Shown: one piece after another, positions 38,335 to 47,560 of the stretch
How the letters are laid out: every line of letters begins with the position of its first letter
How positions within the stretch are numbered: position 1 is the stretch's first letter
Source: an uncultured Chitinophagaceae bacterium
GTDB lineage: Bacteria > Bacteroidota > Bacteroidia > Chitinophagales > Chitinophagaceae
Reading direction: 5' to 3'
DNA: 64,000 nucleotides
NCBI GenBank assembly: GCA_903870685.1
Contig: CAIQDX010000013.1
Coordinates: 1,350 to 65,349, forward strand
Position numbers and translations under genes: made by a program
The notes under the pieces: generated by a model
The model's database searches: none
Told to the model about the DNA's origin: nothing
Seen by the model: only the letters and a program-made list of their open reading frames with translations

Positions 38335-38871
38335 ATGGCAACAATAATTTCTGTTCTTAATAAACATCCGCAGTTTGGTGAAAAATGTTTTGTAGCGCCA
38401 AATGCAACAATTGTTGGTGATGTGGTAATGGGCGATGATTGCAGCGTTTGGTTTAATGCAGTCATCAGAGGTGATGTACATTATATTAAAATGGGAAATA
38501 AAGTCAATGTTCAGGACGGAGCAGTTATTCATTGCACTTACGAAAAACATCCAACAAATATTGGTAACAATGTTTCCATCGGACATAATGCTTTGGTGCA
38601 CGGATGTACCATTCATGATAATGTTTTAATCGGCATGGGCGCAATTGTAATGGATCGCTGCGAAGTGCACAGCAACTCAATTGTAGCCGCAGGTGCAGTT
38701 TTATTGGAAGGAACAATTGTTGATTCAGGAAGTATTTATGCCGGTGTTCCTGCAAAAAAAGTAAAAGAAATTTCGCAGGATACCGTGCATGGTGAAATTG
38801 AACGCATCGCAAATAATTATACCAAATATTCAACTTGGTTTGATGAGCATAATGATGCACAAAAAAAATAA
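38335..38871 (+). CDS. Gamma-class carbonic anhydrase-like left-handed beta-helix protein
   Basis: Hexapeptide repeats and FVAPNATIVGDV..., IRGDV..I.IG...NVQDG..IH. Confidence 0.85.
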   Translation: MATIISVLNKHPQFGEKCFVAPNATIVGDVVMGDDCSVWFNAVIRGDVHYIKMGNKVNVQDGAVIHCTYEKHPTNIGNNVSIGHNALVHGCTIHDNVLIGMGAIVMDRCEVHSNSIVAAGAVLLEGTIVDSGSIYAGVPAKKVKEISQDTVHGEIERIANNYTKYSTWFDEHNDAQKK

Positions 38872-38911
38872 AAAGAATATTTATCCGTTAATGAATCACA
38901 AATTTGTTTTC

Positions 38912-39157
38912 ATGAAAAAAATATTGATCATCTTAATTTCACTCTCTGCTTTCACTGCCTGCAACATTTTTAAAAAAGTAGATAAGAATGGTTGTCCGCC
39001 ATCTACCAGAAATATGGGAGCTGAAAAATTATTGATGTATCAACAGCAAGGATATAAACCAAGGACCGATAAAGAAAAAAAAGAGTACGATATGGCAATG
39101 AAAGAAATGAAAAATAATAAGCCAATTGTAAAAGAAGCTGTAAACACAAAAGATTAA
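38912..39157 (+). CDS. Small hypothetical lipoprotein
   Basis: Lipobox LSAFTAC; 81 aa. Start set to ATG 38912. Confidence 0.45.
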   Translation: MKKILIILISLSAFTACNIFKKVDKNGCPPSTRNMGAEKLLMYQQQGYKPRTDKEKKEYDMAMKEMKNNKPIVKEAVNTKD

Positions 39158-40083
39158 CTCCAACTATTTTCGTCCATCGTTTCCATAATTGTTAAATAAC
39201 TCACGTAACGTTCTTCCGAGATAGAACCTGCATTCACAGCAGCTTTTACAGCACAACCGGGTTCATTAAAATGTTTGCAATTATTAAACTGACAATCATT
39301 CACCAACTTTTTCATCTCAGGAAAATAACCGCTTAACTCTTCTTTCTTTAAATCAACCAATCCTAATTCTCTGATGCCGGGTGTATCAATTATTTTTCCG
39401 CCAAAAGGCAGATCGAACATTTCGGCAAATGTGGTACTGTGCATTCCTTTGCCGCTCCAACCACTCACTTCTAAAATTTTCAAATCAAGTTCAGGAAAAA
39501 TATTATTAATTAAAGTTGATTTACCAACACCGCTATGTCCGCTTAATAAAGTTGTTTTATTTTTCAATAATTCTTTTACTTCATCAACTCCCTGATGTTG
39601 CATAACACTTGCCAGCACAACTTTGTAGCCGATGGTTTCATAAATAGATTTTAACAACTCAAACTTTTCTGTTTCTTTCTTTTTATAAATATCTGCTTTA
39701 TTAAAAACAATGATTGCCGGCACATGATACATTTCACAGGCAACTAAAAACCTGTCGATAAATCCCTGCGATGTTTTTGGATCTTTTAATGTTGCAAACA
39801 AAATACTCTGATCTAAATTAGATGCAACAATATGATGCTGGTGTTTATTATGCGGACTAACTCTTGCAACATAATTTCTTCGCAGCAAAATTTCCGAAAT
39901 GGTGGCGGTGTTCTCCAATTCGTTTTCAATTTCAATTTCTACTTCATCGCCAACTGCAATGGGGTTGGTAGAAGTAATGCCATCGATCTTTAACACACCT
40001 TTTATACGTGCGTTGAAAAGCCTGCCATCATTGGCTTTCACCACATACCAACTGCCGGTAGATTTATAAACAAGTGCTTTCAT
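39154..40083 (-). CDS. rsgA: Ribosome small-subunit-dependent GTPase A
   Basis: Circularly permuted GTPase motif order: NKADI, SGHSGVGKSTLIN, DTPG; zinc knuckle CQFNNCKHFNEPGC. Confidence 0.9.
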   Translation of the reverse strand: MKALVYKSTGSWYVVKANDGRLFNARIKGVLKIDGITSTNPIAVGDEVEIEIENELENTATISEILLRRNYVARVSPHNKHQHHIVASNLDQSILFATLKDPKTSQGFIDRFLVACEMYHVPAIIVFNKADIYKKKETEKFELLKSIYETIGYKVVLASVMQHQGVDEVKELLKNKTTLLSGHSGVGKSTLINNIFPELDLKILEVSGWSGKGMHSTTFAEMFDLPFGGKIIDTPGIRELGLVDLKKEELSGYFPEMKKLVNDCQFNNCKHFNEPGCAVKAAVNAGSISEERYVSYLTIMETMDENSWS

Positions 40084-40112
40084 TGCCTTACGAAGATAAG
40101 GTGGAAGATTCT

Positions 40113-41120
40113 TTACGGAAACTTTTTAAACAAAGTAAAACGCAGCACCATTTCAATAACAATAAGAATTAATCCCGCTAATAAAAAATAAAAGAACTCT
40201 TCGGTGTAACGGTTGTAAGTTGATATTTCTACTTTATTTTTTTCGAGTAAATTAATACTGTTGTAAATTTTCTTTAATGCCGCATTATCGGTTGCATGAA
40301 AATATTGACCGCCGGTTTCTGTTGCCAACTCTTTTAACAAGCCTTCGTTAAATTCCATCTGCCGCGTTTGTGTGGTTGTACCAAACTGCGATTGCACCTG
40401 CACATCCATTACTTTTGTACTTCCAACACCAATAGTATAAACTTTTATGCCATATAATTTTGCCATTTCTTTGGCTTTATCGGGCGGAATAAAACCACCA
40501 AAATCTACACCATCAGTCAACAAAATAATTACTTTACTTTTTGATGTGCTGCTTTTTAAACGATCAACACTTGTTGCCAAACCAGAACCGATTGCAGTGC
40601 CATCTTCGGGTAAATATCCATTCTGAATATTATTAATTTGTGCAAGTACCGTGTTATGGTCGGTTGTTATCGGACACAATGTAAAACTCTGACTACTAAA
40701 AATTACAATGCCAATTCTATCACCGGGGCGATTGCGTACAAACTCGGCTGCCACTGCTTTTGAGGCTTCGAGGCGATTGGGCGTAAAGTCTTGTTCCGTC
40801 ATACTTCCACTGATGTCGAAACATAAAACAATATCTATTCCTTCGCCATCGGTTTGTTGTTCGGTAAACTTTTGTTGCGGTCTTGCCAATGCAATAATTA
40901 ATAATGCCAAGCCAATGCAACGCAAAGCAAAAGGCAAATGACGCGATTGTGTTTTCCAAGTATTTACATGATGTAAGAAATAGGTTGTTGTTATTTTAAA
41001 AGATGCTGTTTGTTGATTTTTGCTTTTTATATAAACATAGATCATGTATGGTATCACCAATAACACCGGCAATAACCACGGGTATGCAAAATTGGTATGT
41101 TGTAACCAGTTACTCAGCAT
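40113..41120 (-). CDS. batA: VWA-domain membrane protein (BatA-like)
   Basis: N-terminal TM segments, MIDAS motif DISGSM, C-terminal TM segment. Confidence 0.8.
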   Translation of the reverse strand: MLSNWLQHTNFAYPWLLPVLLVIPYMIYVYIKSKNQQTASFKITTTYFLHHVNTWKTQSRHLPFALRCIGLALLIIALARPQQKFTEQQTDGEGIDIVLCFDISGSMTEQDFTPNRLEASKAVAAEFVRNRPGDRIGIVIFSSQSFTLCPITTDHNTVLAQINNIQNGYLPEDGTAIGSGLATSVDRLKSSTSKSKVIILLTDGVDFGGFIPPDKAKEMAKLYGIKVYTIGVGSTKVMDVQVQSQFGTTTQTRQMEFNEGLLKELATETGGQYFHATDNAALKKIYNSINLLEKNKVEISTYNRYTEEFFYFLLAGLILIVIEMVLRFTLFKKFP

Positions 41121-42076
41121 TAAACTTTCTTTGCGAATTGAAAATTATAAATTGTTTGAACAAATGTTTTTGCATTGGCAAAAGCTTCGTCACATTCGAT
41201 ATTTGAAGGAATGAATTTTGCAAACTTCACAGCATCGGCCAAACGCAATAACTGAAAATATTTTATTTGTGTTGGTTCGTTACCAATTTTATTTTTCAGC
41301 AACAACATGTATTCGTCGGTTGTTTTATTTGCTGAAAAAATATTTAATTGTTGATCTGAAAAATTTCTGCAAATAAAAATCAACTCGGTAAAAAATAATT
41401 TGTGCTGATTTTTTTGAATGAGATTTTTTTGCTGCAACGCATCTAATTGCTGCAACACTTCTTTGATGCCAAATTGTTTTAAAACAGCTTTTGGTTTTGA
41501 TTTTCTTTTCTTAAGATAACGAATTAAAAAGAAAATGAAAATTGCCAGAACTATTGCTGCTGCTGCAATTGCGCCGATGAACAGCCAATCAGTTTCTTTT
41601 TTAACTTCGATGATTTCTTTAAAATCGTGATAGTCTTTTAAATTAGAAACATCAACCGGCAACACCGAAATATTAATTGGCATTGCATTTATACTTTGTT
41701 TATCGTTAAACGAAACATTGGCAGCAGGAATTTGCCAGTAACCCGAATCGAATGATGTCAGCATTATTTTTTGAGAATAAGAAACTAACCCTGAATTCGA
41801 AATAGTATCAATCGGTAATCGTTTTACAATTTCGAAATGATTAAATGAATCAGGAAGATTAAACCATTGAGAAACATCAGCAGTATTTTTATCAACATCA
41901 GTCACCAAAATTTTTAATTCGATCTGCTCACCAATTAATATTTTATCACGATCAACTGTTGCAGAAATTTTTTGTGCGAACGAAAAAGAAGAGATGCATA
42001 AAAATAAAATCACTATCGAAACTCTTACGAATCCCAACTCCCGACTCTCGACTAAAAACTCCCGACTCTTCCTCAT
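41120..42076 (-). CDS. BatD-N-like / DUF4381-like membrane protein
   Basis: Signal peptide, BatD-like ATVDRDKILIGEQIELKILV, a central TM segment, and a C-terminal ...LLRLADAVKFAKFIP pattern like DUF4381. Confidence 0.55.
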   Translation of the reverse strand: MRKSREFLVESRELGFVRVSIVILFLCISSFSFAQKISATVDRDKILIGEQIELKILVTDVDKNTADVSQWFNLPDSFNHFEIVKRLPIDTISNSGLVSYSQKIMLTSFDSGYWQIPAANVSFNDKQSINAMPINISVLPVDVSNLKDYHDFKEIIEVKKETDWLFIGAIAAAAIVLAIFIFFLIRYLKKRKSKPKAVLKQFGIKEVLQQLDALQQKNLIQKNQHKLFFTELIFICRNFSDQQLNIFSANKTTDEYMLLLKNKIGNEPTQIKYFQLLRLADAVKFAKFIPSNIECDEAFANAKTFVQTIYNFQFAKKV

Positions 42077-42939
42077 GCTCGTTTAATAAAAAATTGTTGC
42101 AGAATTTTTACGTAATCCTCTCCGGTGGCTATTTGCAGCAGATCGGCTCCGGCAGTTCTGAAAACATTTTTTGCATCGTTCGAAATTTTTGCAAACTGCT
42201 GTTCGTAATAAAATTTTGTTGAAATATCGCTCGTATCCAACCAAACAGATTTTCCTGTTTCAGCATCCTGCACCTGAATTAAACCAATATCAGGAAGTTT
42301 AAAATCATTATTATCATACACCTGAATACCGATTACATCATGTTTTTTTGCGGCAACACGCAATGCTTCGTGATAACCTTCATCAGCAAAATCACTCAAC
42401 ACAAAAACAATACTTTTATGACGAGTGATATTATTTAAAAACTGCAATGCTTTTACAATATTTGTTTGTTTAGCTTTTGCTTCGAAGGTTAATAATTCAC
42501 GAACCATGTACAACACATGTTCACGGCCTTTTGAAGATGGAATATATTTTTCAACGGTATCGGTAAAAAATATTAATCCTGTTTTATCATTATTGCTTAA
42601 TGCGCTAAATGCAAGCACAGCGCATATTTCGGTAATTAATTCTTTTTTATTTTGCAAGTGCGTACCAAATAAATTACTCTCACTTGCGTCAACCAATAAA
42701 AAAACACTCAGCTCTCTTTCTTCTTCAAAAACTTTACTGTAAGTACCGTTCATTCTTGCACTAACATTCCAATCAATAAAACGAATATCATCACCGGCAC
42801 TATATTCTTTCACTTCTTTAAACGCCATTCCTTGTCCTTTGAACGCCGTGTGATATTCGCCGGTGAACAAATGATTAGTAAGCTTCTTACTTTTTATTTC
42901 GAGCTCACGAACTTTTTTTAAAATTTCTGCGGCTGTCAT
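42073..42939 (-). CDS. DUF58 domain protein
   Basis: GDDIRFIDWNVSAR signature; start and stop codons overlap those of its neighbours. Confidence 0.85.
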   Translation of the reverse strand: MTAAEILKKVRELEIKSKKLTNHLFTGEYHTAFKGQGMAFKEVKEYSAGDDIRFIDWNVSARMNGTYSKVFEEERELSVFLLVDASESNLFGTHLQNKKELITEICAVLAFSALSNNDKTGLIFFTDTVEKYIPSSKGREHVLYMVRELLTFEAKAKQTNIVKALQFLNNITRHKSIVFVLSDFADEGYHEALRVAAKKHDVIGIQVYDNNDFKLPDIGLIQVQDAETGKSVWLDTSDISTKFYYEQQFAKISNDAKNVFRTAGADLLQIATGEDYVKILQQFFIKRA

Positions 42940-43943
42940 TATGGAACTTGAATGGTGCGAAGAATATCATCAATTAAATTTTCTGTTGTAACATTTTCTG
43001 CTTCGGCTTCGTATGTTAAACCAATGCGATGCCGCATTACATCTTTTGCAATGGCTTTAATATCATCAGGAATAACATAACCGCGCTTGTTCATGAACGC
43101 ATGTGCTTTTGCCGCCAAAGCCAAGTTGATACTAGCTCTCGGCGATCCTCCATAACTGATCATGTTCTTCATTTTACTTAATCCGTATTGATCGGGGTAA
43201 CGCGTTGCAAAAACAATATCGATAATATATTGTTCAATTTTTTCATCCAAATAAACCTGACGAACCAAGTCTCTGCACTCAATAATTTCTTTTGTTGTAA
43301 TAACTTTTGAAACAGTTGGTATATCAAATCCCTGTACCTGCTGGCGAATAATTAATTGTTCTTCATTTTTATTTGGATAACCAACAACAACTTTCAACAT
43401 GAAACGATCAACCTGTGCTTCGGGTAAAGGATAAGTTCCTTCCTGCTCCAAAGGATTTTGTGTGGCGAGAACTAAAAATGGTTCTTCTAATTTATAAGTG
43501 TGTTCGCTGATGGTAACTTGTTTTTCCTGCATGGCTTCAAGTAATGCACTTTGCACTTTTGCAGGAGCACGATTAATTTCATCAGCTAAAATAAAATTGG
43601 CGAAGATGGGACCGCGACGAACAACAAATTCGTTTTTTGATTGATTGTAAATCATGGTTCCAATTACATCGGCAGGCAACAGATCGGGCGTGAATTGTAT
43701 GCGACTGAATTTGCCGTCAACCGCTTGTGCCAAGGATTTGATGGTAAGTGTTTTTGCAAGACCCGGCACACCTTCGAGCAAAACGTGACCATTACTTAAT
43801 AAGCCAATTAATAAACGATCGACCATGTATTGCTGACCGATAATAACTTTTGCCAATTCGTTTCTTAAACGATCAACAAATTGAGAATTGAATTGAATGC
43901 GTTGATTTAATTCTTGAATATCAGGCGCTGTTTGCATGAACAA
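42939..43943 (-). CDS. MoxR-family AAA+ ATPase
   Basis: Walker A LLEGVPGLAKT, Walker B ILADEINRA; 334 aa. Confidence 0.9.
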   Translation of the reverse strand: MFMQTAPDIQELNQRIQFNSQFVDRLRNELAKVIIGQQYMVDRLLIGLLSNGHVLLEGVPGLAKTLTIKSLAQAVDGKFSRIQFTPDLLPADVIGTMIYNQSKNEFVVRRGPIFANFILADEINRAPAKVQSALLEAMQEKQVTISEHTYKLEEPFLVLATQNPLEQEGTYPLPEAQVDRFMLKVVVGYPNKNEEQLIIRQQVQGFDIPTVSKVITTKEIIECRDLVRQVYLDEKIEQYIIDIVFATRYPDQYGLSKMKNMISYGGSPRASINLALAAKAHAFMNKRGYVIPDDIKAIAKDVMRHRIGLTYEAEAENVTTENLIDDILRTIQVP

Positions 43944-44052
43944 AATTTATTTTAGAAATGTGAAAGTACAAAGTTGATTGTATTGAATGGAAATGAATTG
44001 GACGAATTGGGAAATCTTTAAATGATTTTGTTTGTTGAAAAAAGTACAAAGC

Positions 44053-44109
44053 GTACAAGTGTGCGACGCAACGAAGATGCCATGAAATTCAAAAGCCGGT
44101 ATCAAAAAA
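44053..44109 (+). repeat. Intergenic repeat copy 7
   Basis: GTACAAGTGTGCGACGCAACGAAGATGCCATGAAATTCAAAAGCCGGTATCAAAAAA; abuts the stop codon at 44110-44112. Confidence 0.9.
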
Positions 44110-45333
44110 TTATTCCGAGCTTATTTTTAATCTTTCGACCGACACAGTTAAAAATTGTTTTGAAAAGATCTGCCACGAGATGATGATCCACAAAATAAAG
44201 CAGGGCATAGCTTTCAGCGCATATGGGCGAATAATATTTTCGCGTAACCAAGGCGTAAACAGATCGGAATAAGAGAAGCTGGTTAATATTAATGCATAGA
44301 TGAAAACTGCATTTACAATTTTAGTATGTTGTTGTAAAACATACCAGATACAAACTGCAGGAAATGCAATGATATAAGTTGGCGACTCGGCACTGGTTGT
44401 ATAAATAACGGTTGTAATTAAAACAGAAGCCAACAAATACAAACGAAAACGTGTATCGGAAAAATATTGATAACGCAGATATTGTAATCCGAATATGATC
44501 ATCGCCGGAATGGTGACGTAAACATTTTTGAAATGGTTAAGATTAAAAATTCTACGGATCATTCCCATCACACAAATATCCTGATAATCGTTTGTGTCAT
44601 TTGGATCAATGTTTTTTAATGCCTTAAAATGCAATGCTGCGTACCAATCTTTATACGATTGAATGATGAATGAAGGCGGTGCCAACAGCATGGGTAATAT
44701 AAAAAATGCAACGGCCCAAATGATGGTCCATTTAATAAAATTAATTTTATCTTTTGCGAAAAAGAAAAAAGCAAAACCTACAATGCCATAGATTTTAACG
44801 AAGGTGCCGAGCATGATAAAAAATAAAGCCCAAACATTTTTTCCTTCATGAATAAATACAAAACCAAAAATGATACAAGCAGCTATCAACGGATTACTTT
44901 GCAACCAGGATGCGGCTGTCATCATTTCGTGAGCCGATAAAATAATAATTGCATTTTGCCATTTTTCCTGAATTGGTAGTTTTCTAATCGCGAAATATAA
45001 AATACCGGTATTAAACATTCCCCAACAAATAATTCCTAACCAATCGGGCAAGAAAGTAAAAGGTGCTATCACCATACTAAAAACCGGACCGTATAAATTT
45101 ACATCAACATATTGCTGCGGATATTCGAGATATAGATTAACATGTTGCAGCGTATGAATATAAACATGCTTAAAGATGATGTAGTTATTTGTCTTCTCAT
45201 GCAAGAAATCGAGCAGCACTGCAATCAATGCCAAACCAAACCACAAAACAATCGCTAATGTCTTATCGTATAAAAATTCACCGGATAAAAACCAATTTTT
45301 TGTTTTGTTTTCTCTCATATTCTTACGCAACAA
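44110..45333 (-). CDS. GT-C type membrane glycosyltransferase (DUF2029/GT87-like)
   Basis: About 10-12 TM segments in 407 aa; follows a GT2 gene. Confidence 0.6.
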   Translation of the reverse strand: MLRKNMRENKTKNWFLSGEFLYDKTLAIVLWFGLALIAVLLDFLHEKTNNYIIFKHVYIHTLQHVNLYLEYPQQYVDVNLYGPVFSMVIAPFTFLPDWLGIICWGMFNTGILYFAIRKLPIQEKWQNAIIILSAHEMMTAASWLQSNPLIAACIIFGFVFIHEGKNVWALFFIMLGTFVKIYGIVGFAFFFFAKDKINFIKWTIIWAVAFFILPMLLAPPSFIIQSYKDWYAALHFKALKNIDPNDTNDYQDICVMGMIRRIFNLNHFKNVYVTIPAMIIFGLQYLRYQYFSDTRFRLYLLASVLITTVIYTTSAESPTYIIAFPAVCIWYVLQQHTKIVNAVFIYALILTSFSYSDLFTPWLRENIIRPYALKAMPCFILWIIISWQIFSKQFLTVSVERLKISSE

Positions 45334-45336
45334 TTT

Positions 45337-46266
45337 TTACAAAAGATTAGATTCTTTAATTATAAAATGTGGACGTTGTTTACTCTGCATAAATAATTTT
45401 CCTAAATAAATTCCTAAGATACCTAAGATCATTAATTGTAAACCCCCAAAAAATGCAATGGTAACAATGATAGATGTCCAACCCGAAATTGCATAGCCTT
45501 TATATAAACTGATCACTACATAAGGAATGTATAAAATTGATAGAACTGCAAAAGTTAATCCCAGATAAATTGCAATGTTAAGTGGCTTAACACTGAAAGA
45601 TGTTATTCCTTGCAAAGCTAATCTGGTCAAGGCTTTTGTGCTATATTTAGTAACGCCTGTTGTTCTTGCATTAGGCATGTATGGAATTCCTTTTTGTTGA
45701 AAGCCCACCCACTTAACCAATCCACGAAAGAATGGTCTGTCTTCATGAATATTATTTAAAACATTCACTACTTTTTTATCTAATAAACGATAATCGGCAA
45801 TGCCATCTTCCATTTCAACATCAGATAAACTATTGACAACCTTATAAAACATTTTTGAAGAGAACTGATTAAAATTACTGGCGTGTTCATTTTTATCTTC
45901 ACGATAAGTATAAACAACATCATTGCCTTCCTCCCACAATTGCAACATATCATGAATCATTTCCGGCGGATGTTGCAGATCTGCATCAATAGTAATCACT
46001 GCATCGCCTTTGGCATATTTTAATCCGGCCAACAGGGCATTATCTTTTCCAAAATTCCTTGAGAAAGAAATATAAAAAATGTTGCTGTGTGTTGCTACAA
46101 CTTGTTTAATGATCGACAAACTTTTATCGGCACTTCCATCATTCACAAAAATGATTTCAAAATCATGAATGGGATCTTCAAAAACTTCCTGAACCGCTTT
46201 TGTAATAGAAGGTATATTACCTTCCTCGTTATAAACAGGTATTAATATGCTGATAAGTTTCTTCAT
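45337..46266 (-). CDS. Family 2 glycosyltransferase (polyprenyl-phosphate sugar transferase type, two C-terminal TM segments)
   Basis: ILIPVYNEE, VNDGSAD, DADLQHPPE motifs. Confidence 0.85.
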   Translation of the reverse strand: MKKLISILIPVYNEEGNIPSITKAVQEVFEDPIHDFEIIFVNDGSADKSLSIIKQVVATHSNIFYISFSRNFGKDNALLAGLKYAKGDAVITIDADLQHPPEMIHDMLQLWEEGNDVVYTYREDKNEHASNFNQFSSKMFYKVVNSLSDVEMEDGIADYRLLDKKVVNVLNNIHEDRPFFRGLVKWVGFQQKGIPYMPNARTTGVTKYSTKALTRLALQGITSFSVKPLNIAIYLGLTFAVLSILYIPYVVISLYKGYAISGWTSIIVTIAFFGGLQLMILGILGIYLGKLFMQSKQRPHFIIKESNLL

Positions 46267-46375
46267 GCTTGGGAATGCAAATTAAAAGTATAATTTTTAG
46301 ATGGATAAAAGCTTATTGGTTTATTTCTTTTAAAACGATGTAAAAAATTTACTTTTGCGCCACTAAAAACAAGTT

Positions 46376-47350
46376 ATGAGTAAAGGACCCGTTTCTCAAT
46401 TTATCGAACACCATTATCACCACTTCAATGCAGCCGCATTAATGGACGCGGCCAAAGGCTACGAAACACATTTATTAGAAGGTGGAAAAATGATGGTTAC
46501 ATTGGCAGGTGCTATGAGTACCGCCGAATTAGGAATTTCGTTTGCAGAAATGATTCGCCAGGGAAAAGTTGATATCATCAGTTGCACTGGTGCAAATCTG
46601 GAAGAAGATGTAATGAATTTAGTTGCACATTCGCATTATAAAAGAGTTCCGCATTATCGTGATCTAACGCCACAGGATGAATGGGATTTATTAGAGCATC
46701 ATTATAATCGTGTTACCGATACTTGTATTCCCGAAGAAGAAGCATTTCGCCGTTTACAAAAACATTTGGTTAAACAATGGAAAGATGCTGAAGCAAAAGG
46801 TGAAAGATATTTACCACACGAATTTTTATATAAAGTTGTGTTGAGTAAAGAGCTGGAAGAATATTATGAAATTGATCCTAAAGACAGTTGGATATTAGCA
46901 GCAGCCGAAAAAAATATTCCAATCATTGTTCCGGGATGGGAAGATAGTACTACCGGAAATATTTTTGCCAGCTATGTTATTAAAGGCGAACTAAAAGCAA
47001 GCACTGTAAAAAGTGGTATTGAATACATGATTTATTTAACTGAATGGTATCGTGCAAACAGTGGCGGAAAAGGTGTTGGATTTTTTCAAATTGGTGGTGG
47101 CATTGCCGGCGATTTTCCAATTTGTGTGGTGCCCATGATGTATCAGGATCTGGAATGGCACGATGTTCCGTTCTGGAGTTATTTCTGTCAAATCAGCGAC
47201 AGCACTACATCTTACGGTTCTTACAGCGGCGCTGTTCCTAACGAAAAAATTACCTGGGGTAAATTAGATATTCATACACCAAAATTTATTGTAGAAAGCG
47301 ATGCAACAATTGTGGCACCATTAATGTTTGCATGGATCCTCGGTTGGTAA
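46376..47350 (+). CDS. Deoxyhypusine synthase family protein
   Basis: 324 aa with a DHS-like sequence throughout (TLAGAMSTAELG, GANLEEDV, IGGGIAGDFPI). Confidence 0.8.
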   Translation: MSKGPVSQFIEHHYHHFNAAALMDAAKGYETHLLEGGKMMVTLAGAMSTAELGISFAEMIRQGKVDIISCTGANLEEDVMNLVAHSHYKRVPHYRDLTPQDEWDLLEHHYNRVTDTCIPEEEAFRRLQKHLVKQWKDAEAKGERYLPHEFLYKVVLSKELEEYYEIDPKDSWILAAAEKNIPIIVPGWEDSTTGNIFASYVIKGELKASTVKSGIEYMIYLTEWYRANSGGKGVGFFQIGGGIAGDFPICVVPMMYQDLEWHDVPFWSYFCQISDSTTSYGSYSGAVPNEKITWGKLDIHTPKFIVESDATIVAPLMFAWILGW

Positions 47351-47388
47351 TGCAAATAAATTAATGTGCAGATTTGCAAATAAAAAAA

Positions 47389-47419
47389 GACTTTGAAAAA
47401 ATCAGAGTTTTTTTTTGTT
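47389..47419 (+). terminator. Weak terminator-like hairpin after the DHS-like gene
   Basis: ACTTTGA/TCAGAGT stem (one G-U pair) flanked by an A-run and a 9-T run. Confidence 0.45.
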
Positions 47420-47467
47420 ACAAGCGATAGAATAAAATTTAGCTGTTGTTGCGTCGCACACTTGTAC
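47408..47467 (-). repeat. Intergenic repeat copy 8
   Basis: TTTTTTTGTTACAAGCGATAG...GTTGTTGCGTCGCACACTTGTAC; its T-run is shared with the hairpin after the DHS-like gene. Confidence 0.9.
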
Positions 47468-47484
47468 GGTAGAAATTTTATTCA

Positions 47485-47515
47485 AACAAAAAACGCTTCC
47501 TAGAAAAGAAGCGTT
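47485..47515 (-). terminator. Rho-independent terminator after the OM beta-barrel gene
   Basis: AACGCTTC/GAAGCGTT 8-bp stem; TTTTTT on the minus strand. Confidence 0.75.
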
Positions 47516-47560
47516 ATGTTATTAAGCAACATAAGAAAAATCGTTCAAAATATTTTTAAA

